Below are positions 49,385 through 60,101 of a stretch of DNA of 64,000 nucleotides, one piece after another. Positions within the stretch are counted from its first letter, which is position 1, and each line of letters opens with the position of its first letter. The stretch is taken from contig CM030338.1 of the NCBI GenBank assembly GCA_017654855.1, positions 1,302,001 through 1,366,000 on the forward strand, written 5' to 3'. Below the pieces are notes generated by a model that ran no database searches, was not told the origin of the DNA, and saw only the letters and a list, made by a program, of their open reading frames with translations. Source of the stretch: Podospora anserina (Eukaryota). Made by a program: the position numbers and the translations under genes.

Positions 49385-51838
49385 ATGACAACCACCACCT
49401 CCCCCCCCCTCGACCTCACCACTCTTCCAGGCCCCTACCCAACCACCACCTCCCCCATGATCTTCTCCTCCCCCTCCTACAACCTCCCCCAAATCCGCAC
49501 CCTCCACAAATCGCTCCACCATGCCATCGACGACAAGTCCTCCCGCCTGCGCACACAAGTCGGGGGCTCCTACCGAGAACTCTTGGGGACAGCCGACACC
49601 ATCGTCGCCATGAAGTCCGAGATCGAAGCCGTCCATCAAACCCTCTCCGACATGGGCTACAAGTGCGGCCGCGGCGTCGTCGGGCACAAGATGGATGCCC
49701 TCGGCAAATTTACTTCCACCACAATGGGAGACAAAGCCGCCAGCGGGAGGGAGAGGCTACTAGCCGGCTGTCTAGGACAACTAGATGCGATTTTGAGGGT
49801 TAGAGAAAAAGCCAAAAGAGGCGAGAGGCTGGAGACGGGGGCGAGGTTGTTTGTTCTTGGACGGTTATTACTTGCTGCTGCTGCTGGGGGACAGCAGCAG
49901 GGGAGTGATGAGAAGGAAATGGGGCGGAGGAGGAGGGTTTTGGAAAAGGGGCACAAAATCAGACTGATGGGCGGGATAGATGCTGATTTGAGGAGGTATC
50001 ACAAGCCTGGGACGGGAGATAAACAACAACGCGAGGCGGCGTTGGTCAGGGCGCTCAGCGCCTATGCTTTGGCTACCAGTTCTGGGGCGAGGGATGTGCT
50101 GGGATACTTTTTGAGGGTGAGAGGGGAGGCGATTGCGCTTGCGCTCGAGGTGGACGAGGAGGAGAGGGTGGCGAGGAACCCGGAGGATGTGATTAGGGCG
50201 TTGGGGCTGTATACCCAGACGTTGCAGGACGTGCAGGCTTTGGTTCCGGGGAAGCTGGCTGATGCGCTGATGAGGCTGAAGAGGGAGAAGCTGCTTGAGA
50301 ATGAGGAGTTGCTGAAGATGGAGGGGCTGAGGTTGGATGTCTACAAAAGGTGGTGTGGGGATGAGATTCAGTTTTATACCCCGTTCATAAGACATGATGA
50401 TCTTGATGGAAAGGCGGCGAGGGAGATGCTTTTTGGGTGGGCGGATAAAGGGAGGAAGGTTGTCTTGGAAGGGCTGGAGAACACACTCAAGGAGATGGGG
50501 GAGTTCAAAGCCATTGTTGAGCTGAGGACGGAGGTGCTCAAGCTGTGGATTTCAGAAGGTGGCAAGGCCAGGGGCTTTGATCCGTCGGAAGTGCTGGACG
50601 AGATAAGGGAGGCTGTCAATAAGCATATGCTGAGAGTGCTGGAGCAAAAGGTGGCCAAGTTGAGGTTGGTTGGATCAGAGGTGTCTGCTGCGGTGGAAGC
50701 ATGGAAGGAGGGGAGGAGTGATCAACATGAGAGCCTGTGGGATATGGACTCGTACGATACCGACTTGTCGAACGGGGCTGCCCAGTTCACTCAGCATGTT
50801 GTGTCTAGGCTGTATGGCCGGAATGATGATGTGTCTAAAGCTGTGGCGAGCTACAAGTCTTGGTTCCGGGTCATTGACGATGTTGGAACTGTTGTCGACC
50901 AACTGAAGCGGCAACGGTGGGATAACGATGTGGATGAAATTGAAGATGAGGAAACCATTGAGGAACGCCAGCAACTACTCGCCAAGGACGACCCGGCGGC
51001 TTTGGGCAAGCATTTGAACGAGTCACTGGTTAAGTCGTTCAAAAAGCTCGACGAAAATCTCTCCACGCTCTGGAAGGAACAGCAAGATAGTCCTGACAGA
51101 GGGCACATCGCCATGTACTTCTTGCGAGTTTTACGGGATATCCGGTCTCGGCTGCCCGAAAATGCAGAGGTCAAGGGATTCGGGTTGGAAGCGGTGCCGT
51201 CGCTTCACCAAGCGCTCGTGTCGACTGTGGTCATCTCTCCGCTGGACGAGTTGGCCACAGTAGCTCTGGTGCGTAGGACTGTGGTAGGAAGAAGTGTCTG
51301 GGAGGGCGAGCCTGCTTTGCCCAGCTCCCCGTCACCGGGGGCGTTCAAGTTCCTGCGAAATCTCGTGGGGGCCATGGGTGATGCAGGCGTTGATCTCTGG
51401 AGTCCCACTGCTGTTTCTGTGCTCAAAGAAACTCTGCGAAAGCAGCTGTCCGAAGTGTGGTTGGAAACAGTCAGCAAGTTGACCGAGGGCCTTGAACCCG
51501 AGGTCCAGACCGAGACTGAAGAGACCCCAAAGCCTGAGGCCGAAGAAGGGACCTCGGATACGTCAGATCCCAAAGAGGAAAGTCTTGAGAGAGAAGCTGC
51601 CAAGACCGAGGCTGTACCAGACATCGTGCGGCACAGAGATCTTTTGGTGCAGTGGCTCTACGACATCTATTATCTCTCTTCCTTCCTCGGCACAGATGAC
51701 ACATTCAAGCAGCTCTCCGACGTCGTCCTCTCGAAAACAGACCTGGAACACAGCGCAACTGCCAAGCAACGGCTGCAAAAGACATCGCAGGACTACTTCA
51801 AGCGCACCAGCCTGCTGTTTGGTCTTTTGTCGTCATAG
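49385..51838 (+). CDS. COG1: Conserved oligomeric Golgi complex subunit 1 (Vps51/Cog1 N-terminal domain)
   Basis: IDDKSSRLRTQVGGSYRELLGTADTIVAM; LPSSPSP; C-terminal DYFKRTSLLFGLL. Confidence 0.88.
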   Translation: MTTTTSPPLDLTTLPGPYPTTTSPMIFSSPSYNLPQIRTLHKSLHHAIDDKSSRLRTQVGGSYRELLGTADTIVAMKSEIEAVHQTLSDMGYKCGRGVVGHKMDALGKFTSTTMGDKAASGRERLLAGCLGQLDAILRVREKAKRGERLETGARLFVLGRLLLAAAAGGQQQGSDEKEMGRRRRVLEKGHKIRLMGGIDADLRRYHKPGTGDKQQREAALVRALSAYALATSSGARDVLGYFLRVRGEAIALALEVDEEERVARNPEDVIRALGLYTQTLQDVQALVPGKLADALMRLKREKLLENEELLKMEGLRLDVYKRWCGDEIQFYTPFIRHDDLDGKAAREMLFGWADKGRKVVLEGLENTLKEMGEFKAIVELRTEVLKLWISEGGKARGFDPSEVLDEIREAVNKHMLRVLEQKVAKLRLVGSEVSAAVEAWKEGRSDQHESLWDMDSYDTDLSNGAAQFTQHVVSRLYGRNDDVSKAVASYKSWFRVIDDVGTVVDQLKRQRWDNDVDEIEDEETIEERQQLLAKDDPAALGKHLNESLVKSFKKLDENLSTLWKEQQDSPDRGHIAMYFLRVLRDIRSRLPENAEVKGFGLEAVPSLHQALVSTVVISPLDELATVALVRRTVVGRSVWEGEPALPSSPSPGAFKFLRNLVGAMGDAGVDLWSPTAVSVLKETLRKQLSEVWLETVSKLTEGLEPEVQTETEETPKPEAEEGTSDTSDPKEESLEREAAKTEAVPDIVRHRDLLVQWLYDIYYLSSFLGTDDTFKQLSDVVLSKTDLEHSATAKQRLQKTSQDYFKRTSLLFGLLSS

Positions 51839-52337
51839 AACAGCACCATGATGCCGCTTGGGGAGAAGAGCAAACACCGCAAGGTATTCCGGAAAGTCTT
51901 GCTGGTCTCGTATAGTGTTACTGCCCCGCACTGTGAAAAGGGTCGCGCTTTATAAGCTTAGAGACGGGAGGGGGGTTGAAGAGCCAGGACGGGGGAGTAT
52001 GATGACCTTGTAGCGTTTTACTTGTTCCACCAAGAGAGGAAAACCAACCCTACAAAGTGGTTGGCTGGTTCTTTCCTGGCAAGCGGGTAAATTTCGATTA
52101 GAGGGCGTTGAATGGCTGTCCGTCGGGCCTGTTGCAACCAACCCCCCCTTCGTCGCTAAGCTTATGGATGGATTCGCTTCACAGGAGTAGGGGCTGCTGT
52201 AGGGAACTTGTCTGATTTTTGGGAATACTTTGTGTTTTGGTTTCTTTCATATACCCCCTTCTACATAGATGGAAGCACTTTTAATAAACATATCAACATT
52301 TCTAATTCCAATCCTGTTTTTCCCCCACAAAGGCAAC

Positions 52338-53231
52338 CTAAAGCTTATGCCTCTTCTTCCCACTAGCAATCTTTTCAAACTCCCCCTGCGGCACCCCGCT
52401 GACGAACCTCTCCAGTCCAGCAAACACCTCGGCGACGTTGTGGCTGTCGAGAACCTCCCTCTCGGGACGACGAATCAGTTTCTTGATTCCGAGCAGCGAC
52501 TCCCCAACTAGATGCTCCCCGAGCTTGTCGTCAATTTCTGCCAAAACCAACCTCTTGAACTTTTCATCCTCCCCGTCACCCTTGCCGACTTCTGCAAAGA
52601 CCTTGTTGACAAACCCGCACTGTTCCAACTGCGCGCTCTCAATCTTGCGGCTCATGATCAACGCCTCGCCTGATCTGGCAGGTCCGAGTTTTTGGACGAG
52701 CTGCCTGGAGGCACCGCCCTCGGCGACGAGGCCGAGGGAGGAGAAGGGGGTCAGGAGGAAGGTGTGCGGGACGGCGTAGATGAAGTCACTGAAAGAAATG
52801 AGGGCGGCGGAGAGGCCGATTACGGGGCCGTTGAGGGCGGTGATGAGGATTTTGGGGTGGGTGTAGAAGGCGTGGGTGGCGTTTAGGTTGTTGGCTACGA
52901 AGGAGGAGAGCCATTGCTGATGGGGGGTGGTGCTGGAGGTGGAGGGGGTTGTTCGGGTGATGGTGACGTCTGCGCCGGCGGAGAAGAAACGGCCTGTTCC
53001 GATGAGGAGGGTGATGAAGACTTCGTCGTGGGTGGCGACCTGGCGGAGGGCTTGGGCGAGGTCGTAGTACCCTTGGCCGTTGAGAGCGCCGAGCTTGGTG
53101 GGGTTGTTGATTGTTATTATGGCGAGGCGGCCGCGGTATTCCTGTCAGGTTTTGTCAGCATGGTGTATGTGAGCGGTCAGGGTGAGGCATGGGGACGGAC
53201 TTACCACTTGGATGGGGGAGGTGGACGCCAT
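52338..53231 (-). CDS. ECI1: Peroxisomal delta3,delta2-enoyl-CoA isomerase (crotonase family)
   Basis: Intron 53204-53142; KLGALN, GRFFSAGADV, ALNGPVIGLSAAL, TPFSSLGLVAEGGAS; C-terminal RHKL PTS1. Confidence 0.9.
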
Positions 53232-53394
53232 TGTGACGGTGTTGTCTCTCACTGATCGTTCACAAACAATGAGATGAACGATAAGACGATGAGGTCGAGA
53301 ATGAGCAGGTATAAGTCATGAACTGGGGACCTCCCCTGAAGTAGTAGTGCGCGCGCGGCTGTCAAGGGGTGGTGGCTGACAACTGACGGGAAAT

Positions 53395-53424
53395 CTGGGG
53401 TAAACCCCACATTTTGGACCTCGG
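53395..53424. promoter_or_regulatory. Inverted pair of SYGGRG (CreA/CRE-1) sites plus CCTCGG (FarA/B) upstream of ECI1
   Basis: ctgggg 53395-53400, ccccac 53405-53410, cctcgg 53419-53424; about 170-190 bp upstream of the ATG of a beta-oxidation gene. Confidence 0.45.
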
Positions 53425-54000
53425 CACGCTCGGCTCGGTTGGTGTCCCCCATTCTCCCCACATATTGTTCCAGGGGGTGGTGGTTGGAGGTCAAAAGGAG
53501 AAGATTTACGAAGGATTAATCATCCATGGATGGGATTCCATGTTGAGGTGTTGAGAGATCTGATTGCAAGATGCTGGTGCCTCTGTAGATGTGTTATGAG
53601 ACACTCAGAGTCCTCTTTACAAGCGGCATTGCTTTAGGTACTCAGATGTGGCTCGTGCATAGATATTGGGTTAGGGTTAGCAGCCAAAAAGTTCGATTTA
53701 AGAATCAACCGGAATTGCGAATTCAAGGAACCTGACCAGGCGGCAGCCTTGTCGAAGTGCCGATTTTGTAGGCCTGACAAGTAGCCAACCAACCAACGCC
53801 AGTGAGCATCACCAAGGACAAATGTGCAGAATGAAGGCCACTTCGAGCCTCTGTACCAACCCAAATCACAACCTCAACAAGGCTGCCAATTGCCAGTATA
53901 ATAAACGGTTACTGTACCCGTAACATAAATTCATTTTAGCCACCTTTTCCCAGCCGTTTTGTTTTCTCTACCTACCCATATATGCCCAAAGACCCAAACC

Positions 54001-55155
54001 TTATGCGTAATTAGAAACCCCCCTCTCCAAGACCGGCCGTTGATCCCACCGATCCCCAGCAATGCTCTCCTCATCATCCTCATCCTCACTCCCGCTCACA
54101 CTCCCCTCGTCGTCACTTTCCTCATCCTCCTCATCCCCCTTGCTGTACAAGAAAAACTGCACAAAGATGCTCATATCCAAAAACAGCGTCCCCGCACTGC
54201 CGGCCAGCCACGACAAGTTCACCAGCACATACTGCCAGTAAATCCTAGCCGCCTCCCCATCCCTGCACTCCCCATCCTCCCCGCAAACCGGGTCATAAGC
54301 CAGAATCGACAGCACATACGTCAGATTCCCCAAGCACGCAAACAGAAAGAACAAAATCGACACCCCCTCGGTCGACTTCCTCCTCCAGTTGAGCAACAAC
54401 TGCGGCAGTCTCGATCCCAGATACAAAACCGCACACAACCACCCAAAAACCTGCCCCCAAAAATCCATCTGCAGAGGATCCTCCTCCCCCTTCCCACCCT
54501 TCTCCTCATTCCCCCCGTACCCCCTACTCAACCACCACCCACCCACCCCCGCCGCACAAACCATCAACACAGCCGAACTATTAAACCCCAAACTCTGCAA
54601 CCTCGTCGGCGGACTCGCCCTAACCTTCTGCCCCTGCCCACCAGCTCCCTCCTCCACATCAATCATCGGCACCGCCGGACTCAGATGCGTCCAGCTCCCC
54701 CTCCTTTCCAACTCCCCTGCACTCCCATAAACCCCCTCGCTCCCACTCAAAAGCCCACTTCTCTCCCCAATCTCATCAGTTCCATTCCTCGCTGTCGTGC
54801 TCGTCGTCTTTGGTAGTGCTGGTGCTGGTGCCGGAGCAACAGGATCATCTCTCAGCGTGAAACCCCTGTAATAAAAACACTGCCCCAGTAGTACAATATC
54901 GGCAATGGTGTAGTAGATCGCCAAAATGATCATCGTAGGCAAAACCCCTTGCATGACGGCTCCCAGGATGTTGAACACGTCGCCGAGGAGCCAGACGACG
55001 ATGAACTGGATCGAGAGGCCGTCTGCGCTAGAGCGGCGGAAGTTTTCGATGATTTGGGGGGAGAAGACGACTACCCAGCAGGCGATGGAGATGGAGCCGC
55101 AGATGCCGGATATGGCCTCGACGTCGAGGTTGAGGGGTGCGGTTGGGGGGGCCAT
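54001..55155 (-). CDS. Vacuolar PQ-loop cationic amino-acid transporter (Ypq1/Ypq2/Rtc2 family)
   Basis: Two PQ loops: VFSPQIIENFRRSSADGLS and GSRLPQLLLNWRRKSTEGVS; 7 TM segments; acidic tail with dileucine-like DQRPVL. Confidence 0.92.
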   Translation of the reverse strand: MAPPTAPLNLDVEAISGICGSISIACWVVVFSPQIIENFRRSSADGLSIQFIVVWLLGDVFNILGAVMQGVLPTMIILAIYYTIADIVLLGQCFYYRGFTLRDDPVAPAPAPALPKTTSTTARNGTDEIGERSGLLSGSEGVYGSAGELERRGSWTHLSPAVPMIDVEEGAGGQGQKVRASPPTRLQSLGFNSSAVLMVCAAGVGGWWLSRGYGGNEEKGGKGEEDPLQMDFWGQVFGWLCAVLYLGSRLPQLLLNWRRKSTEGVSILFFLFACLGNLTYVLSILAYDPVCGEDGECRDGEAARIYWQYVLVNLSWLAGSAGTLFLDMSIFVQFFLYSKGDEEDEESDDEGSVSGSEDEDDEESIAGDRWDQRPVLERGVSNYA

Positions 55156-56019
55156 GGTGGTGGCGCGGTTGGTTTGGTGTGCTCAGTTGTTGGTGTGTAT
55201 GGCGGATGTTGTAAAGAGGAAGGATGAGAATTAAAGGGGGTAAAAATCGGCTGATTGATGATGACGGGTGGTAGTGGATTTAAAATTGTGTCGATGTGTT
55301 TTAATGTCCGGATTCGGAGTTGGTCGAGTTTTTATAAACTGATGATATAAACGCGTGATGTGCGGAATTTAAAGGGGCGGCGGAAATATTAAAAAGCAAG
55401 ACAGTGGGAACTTTTGAAAAAAAAGATTGTTGTGTCAAATTGAAATTGAAAAAAAACTTTCAAATGAATCTCTCTCTCTCTTACGGTCAACGACACCCAG
55501 ATTCGATGATGATTATGGGGCTGCTGGAGAGAAATGAAAAAGGAGAATAGACAAGGGGGGAAAAAATTAGAGTTTCAGACGGTACATGCAGGTCCGACGA
55601 CAGCAGAAAGAAAAGGCACTTTTTCTCGAATCGCGAATCCCAAACTTCTCGGTCTTGGGTGGCTTTGAAAGGGGGCGGGTGGGGGTTTTGGTGGGGCTGC
55701 ATGACGCCACCACTTGATTGCGGGGAATGTGTTCTAGCGCCGCGGTGCACTTCCCGTGAGACCCACAGTTTCAATGTTTAAAAGGGCTGCTGGCCATCAA
55801 GGTATCACCACAGTGGGAATGTGGCCTCAATACGAAGTATAGTCTTTGAGAGACTTTTGAAATGGCAAAGATCAGGGCTGGAGGTGATAGTTAAGCTTTG
55901 AAAAGGGACGGAATGTAGTTTGTCAGGCAATAATTCCAATTTTCTCCATAGAACATGCACTCTGTCAAAGCTTACAATTGAAGAGTGCATCCATCTCTTC
56001 AGCACCACACAAGCTCACG

Positions 56020-56959
56020 ATGAACAACATGGCCGGCCGTTTTACCAGGATAGCTGCCGCTGGATTGCGCAGTCCAGTCAGAGCTGGTCCTGGTATGTGA
56101 GCCTGCTGCCCTACTGCTGCGGTTCGCTGACCTGTTTATTATTCCAGCGACCTTTCACTCCACAGTGCCTTCCAAGTGCCTGCAGAGAAGAGCTTTCGGA
56201 TCATCTGGGCCTGGCTATAACAAAGGGCCTGTCTCCGGCAGGATTGATGAAGGACTCAAGCTCGCAATCGGGTTTACTGCTTTAGGTCTCGTCGGAGCTA
56301 TCACATACGATGTCACCGACGAGGTTCTTCATCGTCACCGTCAACGTCAGCTGGACAACCATACTCCCGGATTTCTGATTGCATTGGAGAACAAACTACT
56401 GGGTCGGCCTGTTGAGCATGTAGAGGAGGACCCCGATCATACGGAAGCCCTGATCGACAATGCCGGAGGCACGTTGAGTGATGCCCAGGAAGAGCTGGCA
56501 TTCCACGAGACTGACTTGGGCGCTCAGCTGCACACCGATGGCACTCAGTTGGACAACGACGGCAATCAGTTGGAAGCCCAGGAGACTGAACTAGAGAGCG
56601 ACGCGACTCAGTTTGACGTCCAAGAGTGTATCCGACAGAATCAGACCCAGCTTGAGTCCATCCTCCAGAATGAAGAGAAGGACGGAGAAGCGCGAGCCGC
56701 CATGGAAAGCCGCCTCGACGACTTGGCGTCCACAATGGGAAAGTTGAAGGCGCGCAACGTGTCAACCCGGAAGGTGTCAGCGAAGAAGGTGTCTCGGTTT
56801 GAAGACAATGTTCTAGAGTTGCAGGCTCGGCTGAAGAAGTTGGAGGCAGTGAATGAGAGGGCTGCTCCCAAGGCTGGCCCAGAGCAGCCAACGCTGCGGG
56901 TTAGCTGGTACACCGTTATCGCGTGTGCCGTCGTCTACGGCTTGGGAAGAAGCCTGTGA
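56020..56959 (+). CDS. Hypothetical, probably mitochondrial, coiled-coil membrane protein; 2 exons
   Basis: Arg/Ala/Ser-rich acid-free N-terminus MNNMAGRFTRIAAAGLRSPVRAGP; intron 56093-56147 (GTATGT, GCTGAC, CAG) joins ORF 56165..56959 in frame; two hydrophobic segments. Confidence 0.7.
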
Positions 56960-57285
56960 GATCTTGGAGGATTAATGCCCCACTTCCCCGCGCTCGCTTA
57001 TCTAGACAGTGTAGTACAGTTATCGCTGCCGCACAGCAGCCCTGATAAAGCCAGATCAAACACTGTGCCTGAACCTCCGAGCTCCCTTAAATCCGTCATC
57101 AACTCTATAAACTCCCAACTAGCATCTGCAGCATCCATGGAACTGCTCTAGAATCCCAACCCACGCAGAATTACATGCCAATGAGCTACTGACGTGCTAA
57201 CCCTTCCCGCTTTTGCCGCAACCAGTCCTGTGATTCTGCCGAACCCTCCCTCCTCTCTCTCGCCGGCGGACCCGGCGACCGGTCC

Positions 57286-60101
57286 ATGCCTCCCTCTTAT
57301 CCTCCAAACTTCCCAGCGACCTCCGCGGCGCACCAACAACCACCACAACTATCCTCCTCCCGAAGACGACCCCGCGTCGACTCCCACTCGGACCCCGACA
57401 CCAACGACAACACTACCCGCACCGCCGCCAGCAACAACCTAGGCAAACGCCCCCGAGGCGAATACACCTTCTCCCCATCCGCCCAACTCCCCACCCCCCA
57501 TCAACAAGACCCATTCCAGCCCACCATGTCAGCCAAAGCCCAAGGCAAGCGGCCCGAAGTCATAGACCTCACACAAAACTCCAGCCCCGGCCGGCCATTC
57601 AACAGCAGTTACGGCGGCGGCGGCGGCGGTCGACCAGGTGGCATCACAGGCCTACAACCCCATCTCGGTCCACGAAAATTAGTAATCAAGAACCTGCGCC
57701 AGACGACATCGACGCAAAGGGCCGGCGCGGACGAATACTACACCCGAACTCGAGCTGATTTGGATAATGCCCTGGACGCTATCTTTGCCGGCCGCCCTAC
57801 AGGCGAGCCTATGGAGCTGCTGTACAGAGGGGTGGAGGATCTATGTCGGAAGGGCGAGGCGGAGAGCCTGTACAACCGACTGAAGGATCGATGTGACCGA
57901 TGGCTTACCTCGGATGATGGCATTGGGCAGTTGAGGAAGGAGGTCACTGCCAATACCACGCATTTTAATGTAATTGAAGTTACGGCGGCGTTGATGGGGG
58001 TGTATCGGAGGTGGAATGCCAGGATGTTGATTGTGAGGAAGGTGTACTCGTACCTGGACAGGAGTTACCTGCTATTGCAGTCTACGATTGGGAAGGAGGA
58101 CAAGGGGAGGCAGGGGGTGAATGATATGGCGATTAGTTTGTTCAGGAAAGCCGCGTTTGGGCCGAGGAGTGCGACAAAGGCATTGCCGCTTGGGGTGATG
58201 GTTCTCAGGGGAATGATTACGCTCATAATGCAGGAGAGGGAGGACCAGGAGAGGGAGCAGATCCCGGGCGGGTTGGATAGGGTGCAACTGCTGAAGGACT
58301 CGGTCACGATGCTGAAGGTGTTTGGGGTCTATGGCAAGTTCTTCGAGCCCTGGTTTTTGGAGCATTCATACGAGTTTTACAAAGAATTCGCCGAGCAGAA
58401 GAGTGAAAGCTGTGGGCTGAGGGATTACATCAAGCACATCGATGCGCTGCTCAAGAGGGAGGAGCACATGTGCGACTTTTACGGGTTTGACAGCACGACG
58501 AAACGACAGCTGCTGCAGGACGCGCATGGGGTTCTCATCACGAAGTATTCGGAGAAGCTGCTTGACACTGGGAGCGTGGCTAAGCTCCTCGAGGCTGAGG
58601 ACGTGCCTTCTATGAAGGCGCTCTATCAGCTGCTCAAGCTGTCCGGCTTGCAGAATAAGCTCAAAGAGCCGTGGGACAGCTACATCAGAAAGACTGGCTC
58701 AGCGATTGTCAGTGACACGGCGAGGGGCGACGAGATGGTCATTCGCCTTTTGGAACTGCGGCGGTCGCTGTACGTCATGATCCGGGATGCTTTCGACCAG
58801 GACGAAGTTTACAGTTACGGCCTCCGAGAATCCTTTGGCGGCTTCATGAACGACTCCAAGAGTACTTCGGCTTGGGGGACAGGTACTTCCAAGGTTGGCG
58901 AGATGATCGCCAAGTACATCGACATGTTGCTGCGTGGTGGCCTCAAGACTCTTCCCAAGTCCTTGCTGTCAGACAACAAGGACAAGGCCATCGCTGAAAG
59001 AAGCGGCCTCGCCGCCGCAGGCGACGAAGACTCTGAACTGGACACACAGTTGGGTCATGCTCTCGAGCTGTTCAAGTTCATCGACGGCAAGGACACGTTT
59101 GAAGCCTTCTACAAGAAAGACCTGGGCCGCCGGTTACTCCTGGGTCGCAGCGCCAGCCAAGATGCGGAACGGAGCATGATCACCAAACTTAAAGGCGAGT
59201 GCGGTGCTAACTTTACGCACAACCTCGAGCAAATGTTCAAGGACCAGGAGCTTTCCAGGGACGAGATGACGTCCTACAAGACCTGGCTGGCGGGCACAGG
59301 CAAAGCCACAAAGGGTGGTGTTGACCTCACTGTCAAGGTCTTGTCTCACTCTGCCTGGCCGACGTACAACGACGTCAAAGTCACGCTGCCCAAGGAGGTG
59401 TTGGAGCAAACCACCAGTTTTGAAACGTACTACCAAGCAAAGCACACTGGGCGTAAACTCACCTGGAAGCACAACATGTCCCACTGCATCATCAAAGCCC
59501 GCTTCGATCGCGGGCCAAAGGAGCTTTCGCTTTCTGCCCAGCAAGGTTCGGTCCTGATGCTCTTCAACGACGTCCCCGACGACACCCCCTTGTCATACAG
59601 CCAAATCTCCCAATCGACCTCTCTGACGGGCGCTGAACTCGACCGAACCCTCCAGTCCCTCGCCTGTGGCAAGTCGAGGGTCTTGTCCAAGGCTCCCAAG
59701 GGGAGGGATGTTTCCCCTACTGATACCTTCACCGTCAACAGGGCGTTTGCCGATCCCAAGTTCAGGGTCAAGATCAATCAGATTCAGCTCAAGGAGACAA
59801 GGGAGGAGAATAAGGAGACGCATGAGAAGGTGGCGAGGGACAGGCAGCTGGAGACGCAGGCGGCGATTGTGAGGATCATGAAGAGCAGGAAGACGATGGG
59901 GCATGCGCAGCTTGTGGCCGAGGTTATCAACCAGACCAAGGCCAGGGGGGCGGTGGACCCGGGGGAGATTAAGGCGAATATTGAGAAGTAAGTTTTTTCC
60001 TGGAGGAAGATTATGAGGGGGAAGATTGCTAACGTGGGGATAGGTTGATTGATAAGGATTATATTGAGAGGGAGGAGGGGAATTATGTGTATTTGGCGTA
60101 A
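57286..60101 (+). CDS. CUL4: Cullin-4 (CRL4 scaffold; DIM-8 orthologue in Neurospora)
   Basis: KLVIKNLR, ELLYRGVEDLC, YLDRSYLL, EMIAKYIDMLLRGG, GKDTFEAFYKKDL, AAIVRIMKSRK neddylation motif; intron 59988-60043; start could instead be ATG 57526. Confidence 0.93.

Noticed and set aside
57137-57225. uORF ATG GAA CTG CTC TAG and an orphan branch/acceptor (GCTAAC...ACCAG) upstream of CUL4
   Set aside because: Out of frame with CUL4 even if read through, no matching donor found, and the transcription start is unknown.
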